This document shows positions 34,887 to 48,399 of a DNA stretch of 58,069 bases, piece by piece. Under the pieces are notes generated by a model. The model saw only the letters and a program-made list of their open reading frames with translations. It made no database searches and had not been told where the DNA came from. Each line of letters begins with the position of its first letter. Position 1 is the first letter of the stretch. Source of the stretch: Chiloscyllium plagiosum (Eukaryota); contig NC_057750.1 in assembly GCF_004010195.1 (NCBI RefSeq), forward strand, positions 11,223,359 through 11,281,427. The letters run 5' to 3'. The position numbers were made by a program, and so were the translations under genes.

Positions 34887-34962
34887 ATGGGGAAGAAGGT
34901 CGTGATTTTCGGCTCCACCGGGATGACGGGACTCGCTACCCTTCCACAGGCCGTCAGTGCCG
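34887..34962 (+). CDS. BLVRB: Flavin reductase (NADPH)/biliverdin reductase B, coding exon 1
   Basis: ACCATGG start; MGKKVVIFGSTGMTGLATLPQAVSA (Rossmann GxxGxxG); donor G|GTAAG, phase 1. Confidence 0.96.
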
Positions 34963-35264
34963 GTAAGGAACAACAAATCCTCCCGGGAATCCGATCAGAC
35001 ACTAACCAGTGAGACCGGGGAAACTGACCCAATACGGAGCAGTGAGCGAGTCAGCGGCGTTGGGTATAGCTGGTGGTTGAGGTTTGCCCAGACATATCGC
35101 GTCTCCACTAACTTCGCTGGGCATGCCTCTTCTCCCCATTTAAGACCTGAAAATGCTCATATAAGAGACAGTCCCAATCTTGCTGCGTCAAAACCCCAGC
35201 ATTTTTATATAGTTCGTCCTTGCAATCTCCAAACATTCGATTAAAGTTTACAACAAAGAGACAG

Positions 35265-35700
35265 AGAGTGCTGCAATTTATATAACCAAGTGCTTGCACA
35301 GTTCGCCAAGGAAGGAATCAAGTGGCCACTTTTTATGTTGAGAAAAGGCAACTCGCCAATTGCTGGTCAGCTAATTTGCACACCACAAGATCCCACAAAC
35401 AGCATCAAGTGAATAGGCAGACTTTTTGTTGCTATGGATTTGGGTGAGGGGTAATTATGGGATGGCCCAGGACAGGGAGGGTCTGGGAGAGGGAGAACAT
35501 CCCTTTTCCTCCTTAAGGACCACCATGACCTGAGAGGGCAGTTGTGGTGTCAGGCAAACTTTCCGACTGAAGATTAGCACCCTCCGACAGCGCAGAGTTC
35601 CCTGGGTGCTGCCCCTCCGACAGCGCAGAGTTCCCTGGGCAGTCCAAGATATAGGAGATGGCTACAAGGGCACCACCATAGTGAGGTCCTGGGCTCAGTT
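35265..35700 (-). mobile_element. DeuSINE-type remnant with an internal 34-bp tandem duplication
   Basis: CCCTCCGACAGCGCAGAGTTCCCTGGG occurs twice (about 35580-35640); GCTAATTTGCACACCACAAGATCCCACAAACAGC matches the family body. Confidence 0.55.
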
Positions 35701-36010
35701 TTATGATGAACACACTGTGCTGGTTCAGGTGTGTGCTGAAGAGCTCTGCACATAGTAATGGGCCAGTATAATTCCCCAGGTGGTCCACCAAGCATCAGAG
35801 AGAGAGGTGCCAACAACCAGCTATGAGGAGCGACTACACAGACTAGGGATACCTTTCCTGAAATTTAAAAAGTTATGGGCGAGTTGGTGAAAGTTGCTGA
35901 CATTAAGGTTAGATAGATAGACAGAAACAATTTCAACCGGTCTGGGAGCCTAGGAGAGTGGCTCAGAGTTAAAAATTAGATACAGGCCTTTCAGAGTAAA
36001 ACTAAGAAAC

Positions 36011-36885
36011 TGTTATAATTCCAGTTGATGGTATTACTGGACAAGTCAGATCCCTGACTGATATCTGGCTTGACAGATAATGTTGCTTTTCTCTTCATTA
36101 TTTAATGAGGTGATCTTTCAATGAAAAATTGGCGTGCAAAGCTGCAGATTTCATTTTCACATAAAACATAAGTTTATTTTATCTTTCCTTTTGCATAATA
36201 GAGTAAACCAAACTGTTTGCATATAAAACAATTTGAAAGATTTTGAAACACACAGTAAAAGTACAATCCCATCTATCCCAACATCAACATACTACTCAAA
36301 CACCAGATAGTTCACTTCTCTTTCACATCTGTAGGTTTAACTTATCTATTTCTTTTAATCCCTTGTCTTCAAAGTTTGGTAGCCTTGTCCTTGATTAATC
36401 ACACAATTGTGCTTACCATTTCTCAATTTCAAAGAACCCTTTCAAACGTTTCTGGTCTGGAATTTTAGAACTAAAGTCCTCACACTAAGGTAACCTATTG
36501 CCAAACAATTCGAAACCATCTCCTTTCTTCAGGAGAAATTGTTTATACATCTGACCTCCAATAGGACCTCTGTGAACTGAGAAAGAAAGGCTTTCCAAGC
36601 TACTGGTTTATTTCTAAGCAAAAAAAAACCTTGGTCTTTATAAACAAAAAACAAGTTAATGCTTCTCCACATCTACTCAGTCAACTGGTAAACCTTTCCA
36701 AAAGCACACAAATTCCAGTTATCACCCTAGGGACTTCCTTGCTCATGCTGACTTTAAAAGAAAAAGGCTTCAGAAATATTGTCAAGTTAAGCATTAAACC
36801 TCTTCACAGACACATTTCAGTAGATTAAAATCCAAACTAGAATAAATGACTTAAAATATATATGAATCATATACCTTGTATCACA
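36011..36885. mobile_element. Possible solo LTR inserted into an old CR1 tail
   Basis: TGTTATAA...TATCACA ends; the flanks rejoin as CR1-like AAGAAAC/ACTTCTAC; no clean TSD. Confidence 0.4.
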
Positions 36886-38277
36886 GGTCACTTCTACATG
36901 CAAAAGGGTGGAAGAACTTTGAAACACTCATTTTGTAAATGACAGTTGATTAACTTTTAGTTTTAAAACTGAGATTGAGATATTCTTGTTAACCAAAGAG
37001 CTTAAGGAATAATGGGACAAATCTCATGGAATGATGGAACAAGCATGAGGGGCTGAATGGACGACTCCACATTCCTATCATCCAAAACTACTTGATAGAC
37101 TGCAAAACACTTTTTCATATGTTCTGTGGACATGAACGGCACTATATAAATGAAAGTTCATTCTTTTGAGGAAATGAAAACATTTATTACATTGTGCAAA
37201 TCTTCCACCTAATTGTTAGTTTCCTTCTAGTCAATTTTTGCTGAATTACACTCAGATATTGGGAAGGGTTCCTGCTGACTCGCCCTCACAAATGTTGTCA
37301 GTGGTTGGTTGATTCCTGACCAAACATGACAGTTACTAAAACCAGCCTGTAATCAGCAGATAAATGTGTCGCTACTGGTCATGTTTTTTATCCATCAACT
37401 GATGAGAGGGAGAGAGGTTTATCAATCGGTTACAAATGGAGATGTTTGTTAATGATTAGTGTTTCTGTTCTAGTTGCAACTCTTCAGTCAGTAAAGCAGC
37501 CTGTGTCCAAAAATACCAGAATCTGGGCAACATTCAGGCTTGAGCTGATAAGTTGCAAATTTAATTCAACGACCAATACCAATCCAAACTAGAGACCCAG
37601 GCAGACACCTGGCGACTATATCAAAGACGGAATACATCACGGGTTCTAAAAAGAGACAGTGCAAGATAGCAGACAATGACACATCTCCCAGATTGTCTCA
37701 ACGCCTTCTATGCTCACTTTGAGCAGAATTTCAGCGGAGAGGTAACACCTATTCCAACAAGTCCTGATGAACCTATCCCAACAGTCACTGCATCAGAGAT
37801 CAGATCAGTTTTCCTTCGTGTGAATCCAAGGAAAGCGATGGGACCAGAAGGAGTACCAGGCCGTGCACTCAGAGCATGCGTAGATTAACTGGCAGAATTC
37901 TTCTCGGACATCTTCAACCTCTTCCTGCAGCAGGCCACTGTCCCTGCCTGTTTCAAGAGGGCCAACATCATCCCTGTGCCTAACAAGACTCATGCAGCAT
38001 GTCTCAATGACGACCGCCCAGTGGCCCTAACCTCAGTGGTCATGAAGTGCTTTGAAAGGCTGGTCATGGTATTAATCAACTCCAGCCTCCCCATTGGTGG
38101 CACAGTGGTTAGCACTGCTGCCTCACAGCACCAGAGACCCGGGTTCAATTCCCACCTCAGGCAACTGTCTGTGTTGAGTTTGCACATTCTCCCATGCCTG
38201 CATGGGTTCCCTCCGGGTCACAATCAGTGAAGACTGGGGACAATATTTCATCCTCACTTACACTCAATACTGGAGCC

Positions 38278-38689
38278 TGGATCAGTGGTGCTGGAAGAGC
38301 ACAGCAGTTCAGGCAGCATCCGAGGACAGGCAAAATCGACGTTTCGGGCAAAAGCCCTTCATCAGGAATAAAGGCAGAGAGCCTGAAGCGTGGAGAGATA
38401 AGCTAGAGGAGGGTGGGGGTGGGGAGAGAGTGGCATAGAGTACAATAGGTCAGTGCGGAAGGAGATGAAGGTGATAGGTCAGGGAGGAGAGGGTGTAGTG
38501 GATAGGTGGAAAAGGAGCTGGGCAGGTCCGACAAGCCCGGACAAGTCAGGGGATCGTGTTGCTGGAGGTTAGAAACTAGGATGAGGCCAACTCGAGGACA
38601 CCTCTTCCTACCGCCCCCTTGACTACATCGCTGAAGCCAAACGCCAACTCCAGGACACCTCTTCCTACCGCCCCCTTGACCATGACCCC
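38278..38689. mobile_element. Penelope-like terminal repeat (-) joined to an inverted RT-region fragment (+)
   Basis: Intact hammerhead core CTGATGAAGGGCTTTTGCCCGAAACGTC (-) at 38338-38365; + strand YIAEAKRQLQDTSSYRPLDHDP just before the gap. Confidence 0.75.
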
Positions 38690-39260
38690 NNNNNNNNNNN
38701 NNNNNNNNNNNNNNNNNNNNNNNNNNNNNNNNNNNNNNNNNNNNNNNNNNNNNNNNNNNNNNNNNNNNNNNNNNNNNNNNNNNNNNNNNNNNNNNNNNNN
38801 NNNNNNNNNNNNNNNNNNNNNNNNNNNNNNNNNNNNNNNNNNNNNNNNNNNNNNNNNNNNNNNNNNNNNNNNNNNNNNNNNNNNNNNNNNNNNNNNNNNN
38901 NNNNNNNNNNNNNNNNNNNNNNNNNNNNNNNNNNNNNNNNNNNNNNNNNNNNNNNNNNNNNNNNNNNNNNNNNNNNNNNNNNNNNNNNNNNNNNNNNNNN
39001 NNNNNNNNNNNNNNNNNNNNNNNNNNNNNNNNNNNNNNNNNNNNNNNNNNNNNNNNNNNNNNNNNNNNNNNNNNNNNNNNNNNNNNNNNNNNNNNNNNNN
39101 NNNNNNNNNNNNNNNNNNNNNNNNNNNNNNNNNNNNNNNNNNNNNNNNNNNNNNNNNNNNNNNNNNNNNNNNNNNNNNNNNNNNNNNNNNNNNNNNNNNN
39201 NNNNNNNNNNNNNNNNNNNNNNNNNNNNNNNNNNNNNNNNNNNNNNNNNNNNNNNNNNNN
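38690..39260. other. Assembly gap (571 N)
   Basis: Run of n. Confidence 1.
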
Positions 39261-40281
39261 GGCAAATACCCTTGCCAACTTTTATAGGTGCACCATCGAG
39301 AGCATTCTGTCTGGATGTATCACTACCTGGTATGGCAACTGTACCATTCAAGATCGGAGATGGTTACAGAGAATGGTGAACTTGGCCCAGACAATCACAA
39401 GGCCAACCTCCCATCTATAGAATCCATCTACCAGGCCCGTTGTCAAGGAAAGGCCGCCAGCATTCTCAAAGATCCATCCCACCCTGGCAATGTTTTTCTA
39501 CAACCTCTACCATCGGGGAGAAGGTACAGAAGCCTGAACACATGCACCAGCCCGTTTTGAAACAGTTTCTACCCTACTGTTGTTAGAATACTGAATGGAT
39601 TCACAAACTCTTTGCATTTCCCTGTAACTGTGATTTTGTTTTGCTGCTGTTTACCTATTATTTACTTATCTATGCTGCTTCACTCTGTGATCTGCCTGTA
39701 TTGCTCGCAAGACAAAGCTTTTCACTGTGCCTCGGTACACGTGACAATAAATTCAATTCAAGCTACTATAAGTGTTACACAATGACGAAATCCAGCAAGA
39801 GAGAGCTTGACCACTTCCCTAAACATTCAGCGGTGGTAGTGTTACAGTTCACTCGGAATTTTGGGTGCTGAGATAAAATGCACTTTTACATTTATGTTTA
39901 GTCTGGAACAATGACCAGAGCTGTAGAGTAATATTCTTTCTATCCAGGAATCACCATTGCTGAATACCCCACAATCAGCAAACTGGGGTTGGCATTGACC
40001 AGAAACTTAACTGGACTTGACCAGCCATATGAATACTGTGACTATGACAGCAGATGAGAGGCTGGGAATTGTGAGATGAGTAATCACAACTTGATTCCCC
40101 AAAGCCTGTCCACCACCTGCAAGCTGCACTGCAAACAACTCATCAAAGCTTGAGAGATGGCACCTTCCACACTTGCAACTAATGTTCCCTTTAAGCTATG
40201 TGGCTGTGTGAGTGACAACGATCAATGTTGGCTGATTATGACACTGACCTCTGGTTCTGAAAGTCGATGCCACATATGATT

Positions 40282-40585
40282 GGGTGGCACAGTGGTTAGC
40301 ACTGCTGCCTCACAGCGCCAGAGACCCGGGTTCATTTCCCGCCTCAGGCGACTGACTGTGTGGAGTTTGCACGTTCTCCCCGTGTCTGCGTGGGTTTCCT
40401 CCCACACTCCAAAGATGTGGAGGTCAGGTGAATTGGCTATGCTAAATTGCCCGTAGTGTTAGGTAAGGGGTAAATGTAGGGGTATGGGTAGGTTGTGCTT
40501 CGGTGGGTCGGTTTGGACTTGTTGGGCCGAAGGGCCTGTTTCCACACTGTAATGTAATCTAAATCTAATCTAAAATCTAATCTAA
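40282..40585 (+). mobile_element. HE1/V-SINE, well preserved, (AATCT)n tail
   Basis: GGTGGCACAGTGGTTAGCACTGCTGCCTCACAGCGCCAGAGACCCGGGTTC head; CR1-like tail GGGCCGAAGGGCCTGTTTCC. Confidence 0.93.
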
Positions 40586-40891
40586 TGATTCTTGGAGGCC
40601 CGCACTGTTGAGAAGAAAATTAGAAATGTTGCCTGCAACTCCTGCCACTTAGAGAAGCAATAACAGCAGATATGGCATATCTGAAAGTTCCCTTCCAAAC
40701 CATCCACTACTGACTTGGAACTATATTGTCGATCCGCCAGGGTCAAAATCCTGGAGCCAATAGCACTACGGGTGTATCTACACCAACACCATCTTAAGGG
40801 CAGTTAGGGGTCAGCAATAAATACCAGCCCAGTCAACAACAATCACATCCCATGAATGAATATAAAAATAAGCTAACTGGATCACAGGTCT

Positions 40892-41540
40892 GTCATAGAG
40901 TCACAGAGATGTAGAGCACAGAAACAAACTCTTCAGCCCAACTCCATGCTGACCAGATATCCTGAATTAATCTAGTCCCACTTGTCAGCATTTTGCCCAT
41001 ATCCCTCAAAACTTTTCCTATTATATACCCATTCAGATGTCTTTTAAATTTTGTAATTGTACTAGCATCCACCACTTCCTCTGGCAGCTCATTCCATACA
41101 GCACCATCGTCTATAAAAAGCTTGCCCCTTAGATCCCTTTTAAATCTTTACTCCCTCACCTTAAACCTATGCCCCCAGATTTGGACTCCCCAACCTTAAG
41201 GAAAAGACTGTCTATTTACCCTATCCCTACCCCCTCATGATTTTATAAACATCTATAATGTCAGCCCTCAGCCTTTGATGCTCCAGAGAAAATAGCCTCA
41301 GCCTCTCCCTCTAGCTCAAACCGTCCAACCCTGGCAACATCTTCGTAAATCTTTTCTGAACCCTTTCAAGTATTACAACATAGATTGGGTTGGGATATTT
41401 GGTCAGCATAGACAGGTTAGACCGAAGGGTCGGTTTCCATGCTGTATATCTCTATGACTCTATCTTTCCTATAGCAGGGAGATCGGAATTGAATGCAGTA
41501 TTCCAAAAGTGGCCTAACTAATGTCCCATACAGCCACAAC
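40892..41540 (-). mobile_element. CR1 LINE 3' end
   Basis: Reverse complement of the CR1 C-terminus and CTCTATGAC tail. Confidence 0.85.
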
Positions 41541-42255
41541 TGTCTCAGAGGAATTACTCCTACGTCTACCATCAAATGAGTCAAATCACTTCTTATATTT
41601 AAGAAAGTCAGTTGTTGGAGGATAGAACTGCAGTAAATAAACAGTACAATGTTTATTTACAGAACACAACATTAAAGTAAAATCTCTTACTTCAAACACA
41701 CCTCCATTTGACAGAGTGTCTCCTTATATCTGCTCAGGTGAAACCACTAATTGACCTCCATCTGAGTATAATTAAAGTCAATTAATATATAGTTAACAGC
41801 TGCTACATTCACAGAGATACTGCTAAATAGTTTGATGCTAATTGGCAATTTCTGTGTAAAGATTCTAGTGTTTTGCAGCTTCAAAAGGTTGGAAGGAAGC
41901 CGAGAACCAGAATAAAACAAACTGGTTACCTATTGGCTAAAGGTCCTGGGTTCAAGTCCCACCTGCCTTAGAGGTGTGTCTGAACTAGTTGATTAAACAT
42001 ATTTAAAATTTGATGCACAGTTAGACATAATTGATTCTGTTGAAATTGATAACATGAAGTCTACAGGTTAAATTGTACAGTGACATAATTCCTTGGTATA
42101 ATTTGCAATGTCTGTTAGTAAATGTCAAGTGGGGAAACTTGCTGAATTTGAGAACAAAATCAAATCTGGAGCAACTATTCTGGGTGGATTGTCCTTGGTC
42201 AAAGTGGTTCAACATCAGTTTTTTGCCCATTACACACGCGCCCTGTTTCTTGTAG

Positions 42256-42417
42256 GTTATGAGGTCACTGTTCTGGTCCGTGATCCAGCCAGACTTCCAG
42301 CTGAATGCAAAGGATTACACGTCATAGTCGGTGATGTTCTGAACAAGGAAGATGTCCAGAAGGCAGTCAAAGGTCAGGACGGAGTCATCATTATTCTGGG
42401 AACCAGGAATGACCTGA
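42256..42417 (+). CDS. BLVRB: BLVRB coding exon 2
   Basis: Acceptor TTTCTTGTAG|; (G)[14 protein letters not shown]...[29 protein letters not shown]; donor A|GTAAGT. Confidence 0.97.
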
Positions 42418-43509
42418 GTAAGTCTCTCTGCAAGGCTATGAGCAGCTAAATTGAACTCTCTTCATATGACGTGGTTATGTTGAAATATCATAGATGAGTT
42501 TAAAAGACAGTAGATAAGCAAATGAAGGAAAAAGGAATAGGAAGATATTCTGGTGAGGTGAGATGACCCAAAATAGGGGGAGGCTCATCTGGAGCATCAA
42601 CACCAGCATAAAGCGTTGGGTCAATGAGCTGTTTCTGTGATGTCACTTCACTGTCAACATAAATCATCTACATTTCTGACATGCAAATTGGTTTCTTGTA
42701 TAGATCTATCATTCATTCGTTCACTTATTAAAACTATTCAGTCAATATACAGCTTTCTCTGTTATGTATTCCTGTGTCAGCATTTATGTTAGAAATTTCT
42801 TATATAAACTTGTCATGCTGTAATTACAAACTTTAACCAATAGAGGGGCCAACATTGACAAGATCAAATGGGCAGACCCCTTCCCATCAATGTTACTGAT
42901 GATTGGTTTGCTCAGGTAGCTGCTGAATTTTCGTTCCCTTGGATTCAATGAGTTACCCTTCTATTGCTCATTGAGTGCTAGGTGACTCACTAATGCCATC
43001 CAATAATGGTCTGACATGGTAAAGGCTTTAGGCCTCCTACTGGAAGGGTATAGAGTGATGGGGTTGCTGATATCATCACCCAGTCTGGGTGTACATATTT
43101 GTATCAACATTTTTGAAAGGGAAAATCATGTTACCCTTTCATTGCTGTGGAGAAAAAGCTTTTTTCTCTTATATTATGGTGTTGAGGCATGTTTGTCATC
43201 GTTCACATGTCCTTTTTGTTCCTTCACCTGATATTTTTGTTATTTTTTGGATGCTTTATGACATGACTTAGAGGGTTGTATGTGATTTGGTGTGGTGAGG
43301 GGGACAGACGACTCATGTACACCCCAGCCTTACAAGGCTTCCCCTTTATCCACTGGCTGTCAGCTACAAGACAATGAGTCATAGACTTCCCTTCCTAGTA
43401 CTCCCACCCTCCACCATACAATGAGGCCTTCAGCCTAGTGATTGATAGAAGCACAAGTGCAGAATAGTCTTTCTGTACTGCAATTAGAGTCTGGTATATT
43501 TCAAATGAT

Positions 43510-43822
43510 TATAGAATCATACGATCCCTACAGTGTGGAAAGAGGCCTTTCAGCCCATTAAATCCACACCGACCTTCTGAAGAGCATCAATCCAGCACCC
43601 CTATCCTTGTAACCCTGTATATCCTATGGCTAATCCAACTGGCCAAAACACTATGGGCAATTTAGCATGGCCAGTCCACCCAACCTGCAAATCTTTGGAC
43701 TGTGGGAGGAAACTGGAGCACCCAGAAGAAACCCACACAGGCACTTACCCAAGGCTGGAATTGAACCTGGGTCCCTGCGCTGTGAGGCAATGGTGAGCCA
43801 CCATGGAGCCACCGTACCACCC
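43510..43822 (-). mobile_element. HE1/V-SINE
   Basis: GCCTCACAGCGCAGGGACCCAGGTTCAATTCC head and CTCCCACAGTCCAAAGAT core on the - strand. Confidence 0.85.
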
Positions 43823-44111
43823 AGTGTGTTTGTTATGGTTAGAACTTGATAATCAATAAACAGATTTCTAAAGAACCCTAAGTTTAAAGACATTTCCTGA
43901 CCTTGCCTTCTTGTTGACCAGTCTGAAATGAACCCAAACTCTTAGATGTGGTAATTAAATCACATGACAAAAGACTTGTTACAATCCTTGTAGATGTGAC
44001 TCTTTCAGCACTAAACCTCGGAGTGTAAAGCCTATAAATGAGCGTTGGACTTGGAGCAACACTGTCATACTCACTACTTTGTATTGCCTTTGTATGTTTC
44101 TGCCTCTACAG

Positions 44112-44201
44112 GCCCCACCACAATGATGTCTGAGGGAACCAAGAACATTGTTGAAGCGATGAAGGCCCACAATGTGAGAAAGGTGGTGGCCTGCATGTCA
44201 A
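44112..44201 (+). CDS. BLVRB: BLVRB coding exon 3
   Basis: Acceptor CCTCTACAG|; (S)PTTMMSEGTKNIVEAMKAHNVRKVVACMS; donor A|GTGAGT. Confidence 0.97.
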
Positions 44202-44525
44202 GTGAGTTTCAGGCTGATAGCCCAAAGAAACAAAAGACTTATATTTATATAGCAACTTTTATAACTTTGAGACAGAAGCATTTTATTACTGAAGAGGGAG
44301 GAGAAATAAATTGAATCTCCCAATTCATTTGACTGACTTCCACAGTTAGTGCTGTGGAAGATGCTTGACTGTGTTATTTAGCTCCTGTGCTGAAGTATTT
44401 CCAACGAACCGACAAACCTCTAATTGAGATGTGAGAATGCTATAAACTAAGCCATAGATGACCCTTTATTCTCATGTTATTTCATCTTCTAAGTGGTAAA
44501 CACTTTGCCATTCAATGGTGTTGGA

Positions 44526-45055
44526 GACAAAAAATACTGCAGGTACTGGAATCCAAAATAGACAGGCAGGAGGCTGGAAGAACACAGCAAGCCAGGCAGT
44601 ATCAGGAGGTGGAGAAGTCAACAGTTCAGAAGTAACCCTTCTTCAGGATGGGGGGTGGGAGTAAGGGGAGCTGCAGATAAGTGGGGGGGGGAGGGTTGGG
44701 TGGGGAGGGGGCAGGGTGGTAAGGTAGGCATAGGTAAACACAGGTCGAGGGTACAACCTGGTTTGTAGCTGAGAGCAATTAATCCGGTTGGCAGCTGGAA
44801 GGACGGGTTGATCAGAGGAATGGAAGCAAGGGAGAGGGGCTGGAAAGGGAGTCAGGGATGGGAAGGGTGGTTTTTTGAAATTGGAGAACTCAGTGTTAAG
44901 TCCTCCGAGCTGTAGGCTGCCTAGGCGGAAGATGAGGTGTTCCTCCAATTTGTGGTCTGATTTACTGTGGCAATGGAGGAAGCCGAGGATAGTGATGTTG
45001 GAAAGGGAGTGGGAAGGGGAATTAAAATGGGCGGTGACTGGGAGGTCAAGTCGGC
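44526..45055 (-). mobile_element. Penelope-like element 3' end
   Basis: EEHLIFRLGSLQLGGLNTEFSNF (GIY-YIG C-terminus), then a C-rich UTR and a decayed CTGAAGAAGGGTTAC hammerhead box. Confidence 0.8.
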
Positions 45056-45629
45056 CCCATAATTTTGAATATCTAAATTGGGAGTTTTTACTGCCCTGCT
45101 AAACCCATATCTAACAGTCTGCACAACTGTATTAAGAGTCATTTAACACGAAATCAAATGAATAACCAAGGTCTTGACGAGAAAGCAGAGAGAGTCAGAA
45201 AACTCTGCATCTTAGTAAAATATTCAGAGACCAACTGAGCAAGAAATTACTAATTGCAACCTAAACACGTCAACATTTTGCAGGCAATTGTACTCCATTT
45301 CAATATGATAATGGAATGAGAGAGGCAAACCATCCCTTAACCTATGAAGTTAGATTTGAAAGAGGGTCATAATTTTTAATCTACGGTATACAAGAGATCT
45401 TGTGGAACCACAGTATTTATATGACTGGCCCAGTTTGGTTTCTGGTAAGTGATAATTCACTGATAGTTGGGAACTCAGCAATGGTAATGCCATTGAATGT
45501 TAAGTGGTGCTGGTTGAATTCTGTGTTATTAGAGATGATCATTTCCTGGCACTTACCAGCACGTGCCTGAATGTTACCCAGGTCTTGCTATATTTGGACA
45601 TGTACTGCTTCGGTATCTGAGGAGTCTTG

Positions 45630-47800
45630 ATTGGTGCTTGAGGACTAAAGTCGACTGGAAACAGAGACTTTATGGTGCGACAGTTGATGAGCAGTGGAGG
45701 ACCTTCAAAGAAATGTTTCAAAGGACCCAGCAAAAGTATACTCCAGTGAGAAAGAAGGACTGTAAGCAGAGGGGGTAATCTGCCATGGGTGTCTAAGGAA
45801 ATAAGGCAGGCTATCAAAGTGAAAGAGAAGGCATACAAAGTGGCCAAAAACAGCAGGAATCCAGAAGATTGGAAAAACTTTAAAAGTCAACAGCCACAAA
45901 AAGAGCTATAAAGTAAGATAGAGTATGAGAAAAAACTAGCACAGAATATAAAGACAGATAGCAAATGTTTCTATAAATATATGAAATGAAGAACAGTAGC
46001 TAAAGTAAATGTTGGTCCTTTAGGGGATGAGAAGGGGCAGTTAGTTATGGGATGTGATGAAATGGCTGAAGCATTGAACAGGTACTTTTGCATTGGTCTT
46101 CACAGCAGAGGATACTAATAACATGCCAGTAAGTGGCAAGGGGACAAAGGTAGGTGAGGACCTAGAAACAATTGTTATTACGGAAGAGTTAGTGTTGGCT
46201 AAGCTAATGGAGCTAAGAATAGATGTCTCTTTGCCCTGATGAAATGTATCCCAGGGTACTAAAAGATGACGGGAGAAATAGCAGGTGGACTGGTGGTAAT
46301 TTTCTGGAATTTGCTGGACTCTGGAGCAAACCCAGCAGATTGGGAAATAGCAAAGATGGCACCACTGTTTAAAAAGGGATGTAGACAAAAGATGGGTAAT
46401 TATAGACCAGTGAGCTTAACCTCTGTAGTGGGGAAGATGCTTGAATCTATTATCAAGGAACCAATGGCAAGGCAGCTTGGAACAAATTGTTTACTGTACA
46501 GGCGCAGCGTGGGCTCATGAAGGGCAGGTCATACTTCACAAATCTTTTGGAATTCTGTGAAGACATTTCAAGCAAGGTAGGCAACGGGGACCCAGTGGAT
46601 GTGGTGTACCTAGATTTCCAAAAGGCCTTTGACAAGGTGCCGCACATGAGGCTGCAGCATAAGATAAGGATGCATGGTGCTAGGGGTAGATTATTAGCAT
46701 GGGTAGAGGATTGGTTGACTGACAGGAAGCAAAGAGTGGGGATAAATGAGTGCTTTTTGTGCTGGCAATGAGCAACTAGTGGTGTGCCTCAGGGATCGGT
46801 GTTGGGACCACAATTATTTACAATTTATAGAGATGATTTGGAGTTGGGGACCATGTGTAATGTGTCAAAATTTGCTGATGACACTAAGATGAGTGGCAGA
46901 GTAAAGTGTGCAGAGGACTGTGAAACTTTGCAGAGGAACATAGATACATTGAGTGAGTGGGCAATGGTCTGGCAGACAGAATACAATGTTAGTAAATGTG
47001 AAGTCATACATTTTGGTAGGAGTAACAGCAAAATAGATTATTACTTGAATGGTAAAAAGTTGCAGCATGCTGATTTGCAGAGGGACCTGGGTGTCCTTGT
47101 GCATGAATCACAGAGGGTTGGTCTGCAGGTACAACAAGTAATTAGGAAAGCAAATGGAGTTTTGTCCTTCATTGCTAAAGGGGTTGAGATTAAAAGCAGA
47201 GCGGTAATGTTACAGTTGTACAAGGTGCTGTTGAGGCCACACTTGGAATACTGTATGCAGATTTGGTCTCCTTACTTAAGAAAGGATGTACTGGCACTGA
47301 AGGGGTGCAGAGGAGGTTCACTAGGTTGATTCCAGAGTTGAGGGGTTTGGCTTATGAGGAAAGGCTGAGTAGGTTGGGACTTTATTCATTGGAATTTAGG
47401 AAAATGAGGGGGAATCTTATAGAAACATATAAAATTATGAAGGGAACCGATAAAATAGAAATAGATAGGATGTCTCCACTGGTGTGAAACCAGGACAAGA
47501 GAGCATGGCGTCAAGATTAGACAAAGCAGATTTAGAACTGAACTGAGAAGGAACTTCTTCACCCAGAGGGTTGTTAATCTATGGAATTCCTTGCCCAGGG
47601 AAATAGTTGACGCTACTTCAGTAAATGCTTTTAAAGCCAAGGTAGATACTTTTTTGAAAAATACAGGAATTAAGGGGTATGAGGAAAATGCGGGTAAGTG
47701 GGACTGAGTCCATGAAAAGATCAGCCAAGGTCTTATTGAGTGGCAGAGCAGGCTCAAGGGGGCGGACGGCCTACTCCTGCTCCTAGTTCTTATGTTCTAA
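45630..47800 (+). mobile_element. CR1 LINE ORF2 (2.1 kb, frameshifted)
   Basis: NYRPVSLTSVVGK, YLDFQKAFDKVPH, PQGSVLGP, KFADDTK, LRPHLEYC; tail CCTACTCCTGCTCCTAGTTCTTATGTTCT. Confidence 0.93.
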
Positions 47801-48399
47801 TTAATGAAACAGCTAAAGATGTTTGGGTATCGGGAAATACTCTGCAGAATTTTGCTGAAATAACTGATTTCCAATAACGATAATCATTTTCCCTTGTGCT
47901 CAGTTTGACTTCAACCAGCAAAGAATCTTCTCCCGATTCCCATTGACTCCTTGTTTGGGGTTCCTTGATGCCACATTCAGTCAAATGTTGCCTTAATGTC
48001 AAGGGTAGTCAATCTCACCTTCTCTTTTTTTGTCCATTTTTGTACCAATGCTGTAGTGAGTTAAGGAGCTGAGTGGCCCTGTAAAATCCAAACTGAGTAT
48101 CAATGAGCAAGTTATAGGAAAGTAAACACTGGTTTAAAAGCATTGTTGATGACACCTTCCATCACTTTGATGTTTGAGAGGAGACTGGAAGGGCAGCAGT
48201 TGACTGGGTTGGAATTGTCCTGCCTTTATTGAGTAGGACATACCTGGATAATTTTCCGCATTACTGGGTCAATGTCAATGTTGTAACTGTACTGGAACAG
48301 TTTGGCTTGGTGCACAGATAGTACTTAAGATTGTGCTGTTGAACTATTTCCAGAATATTGTCAGATCCAAAGACTTCACCGTATTCAGTTCCTCAATAT

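Larger units (their letters stand above)
37560..39760 (+). mobile_element. Rex1/Babar-like LINE, interrupted by a SINE, a Penelope fragment and the assembly gap
   Basis: [52 protein letters not shown]; 3' end CAATAAATTCAATTCAA near 39745-39760. Confidence 0.85.

Noticed and set aside
38403..39351. Long ORFs of 222-291 aa in the ORF track
   Set aside because: Artefacts of translating through the N gap.
40282..40360. tRNA-like A/B boxes
   Set aside because: These are SINE heads, not tRNA genes; they continue directly into the SINE core and tail.
41541..41798. TGT...AACA segment with TATA- and poly(A)-like motifs on the - strand (solo LTR?)
   Set aside because: No target-site duplication and no second copy in the window.
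42108..42255. In-frame upstream extension of BLVRB exon 2 (similar extensions at exons 1 and 3)
   Set aside because: Canonical splice sites give a complete 206-aa protein; the extensions are intron or UTR that happens to be open.
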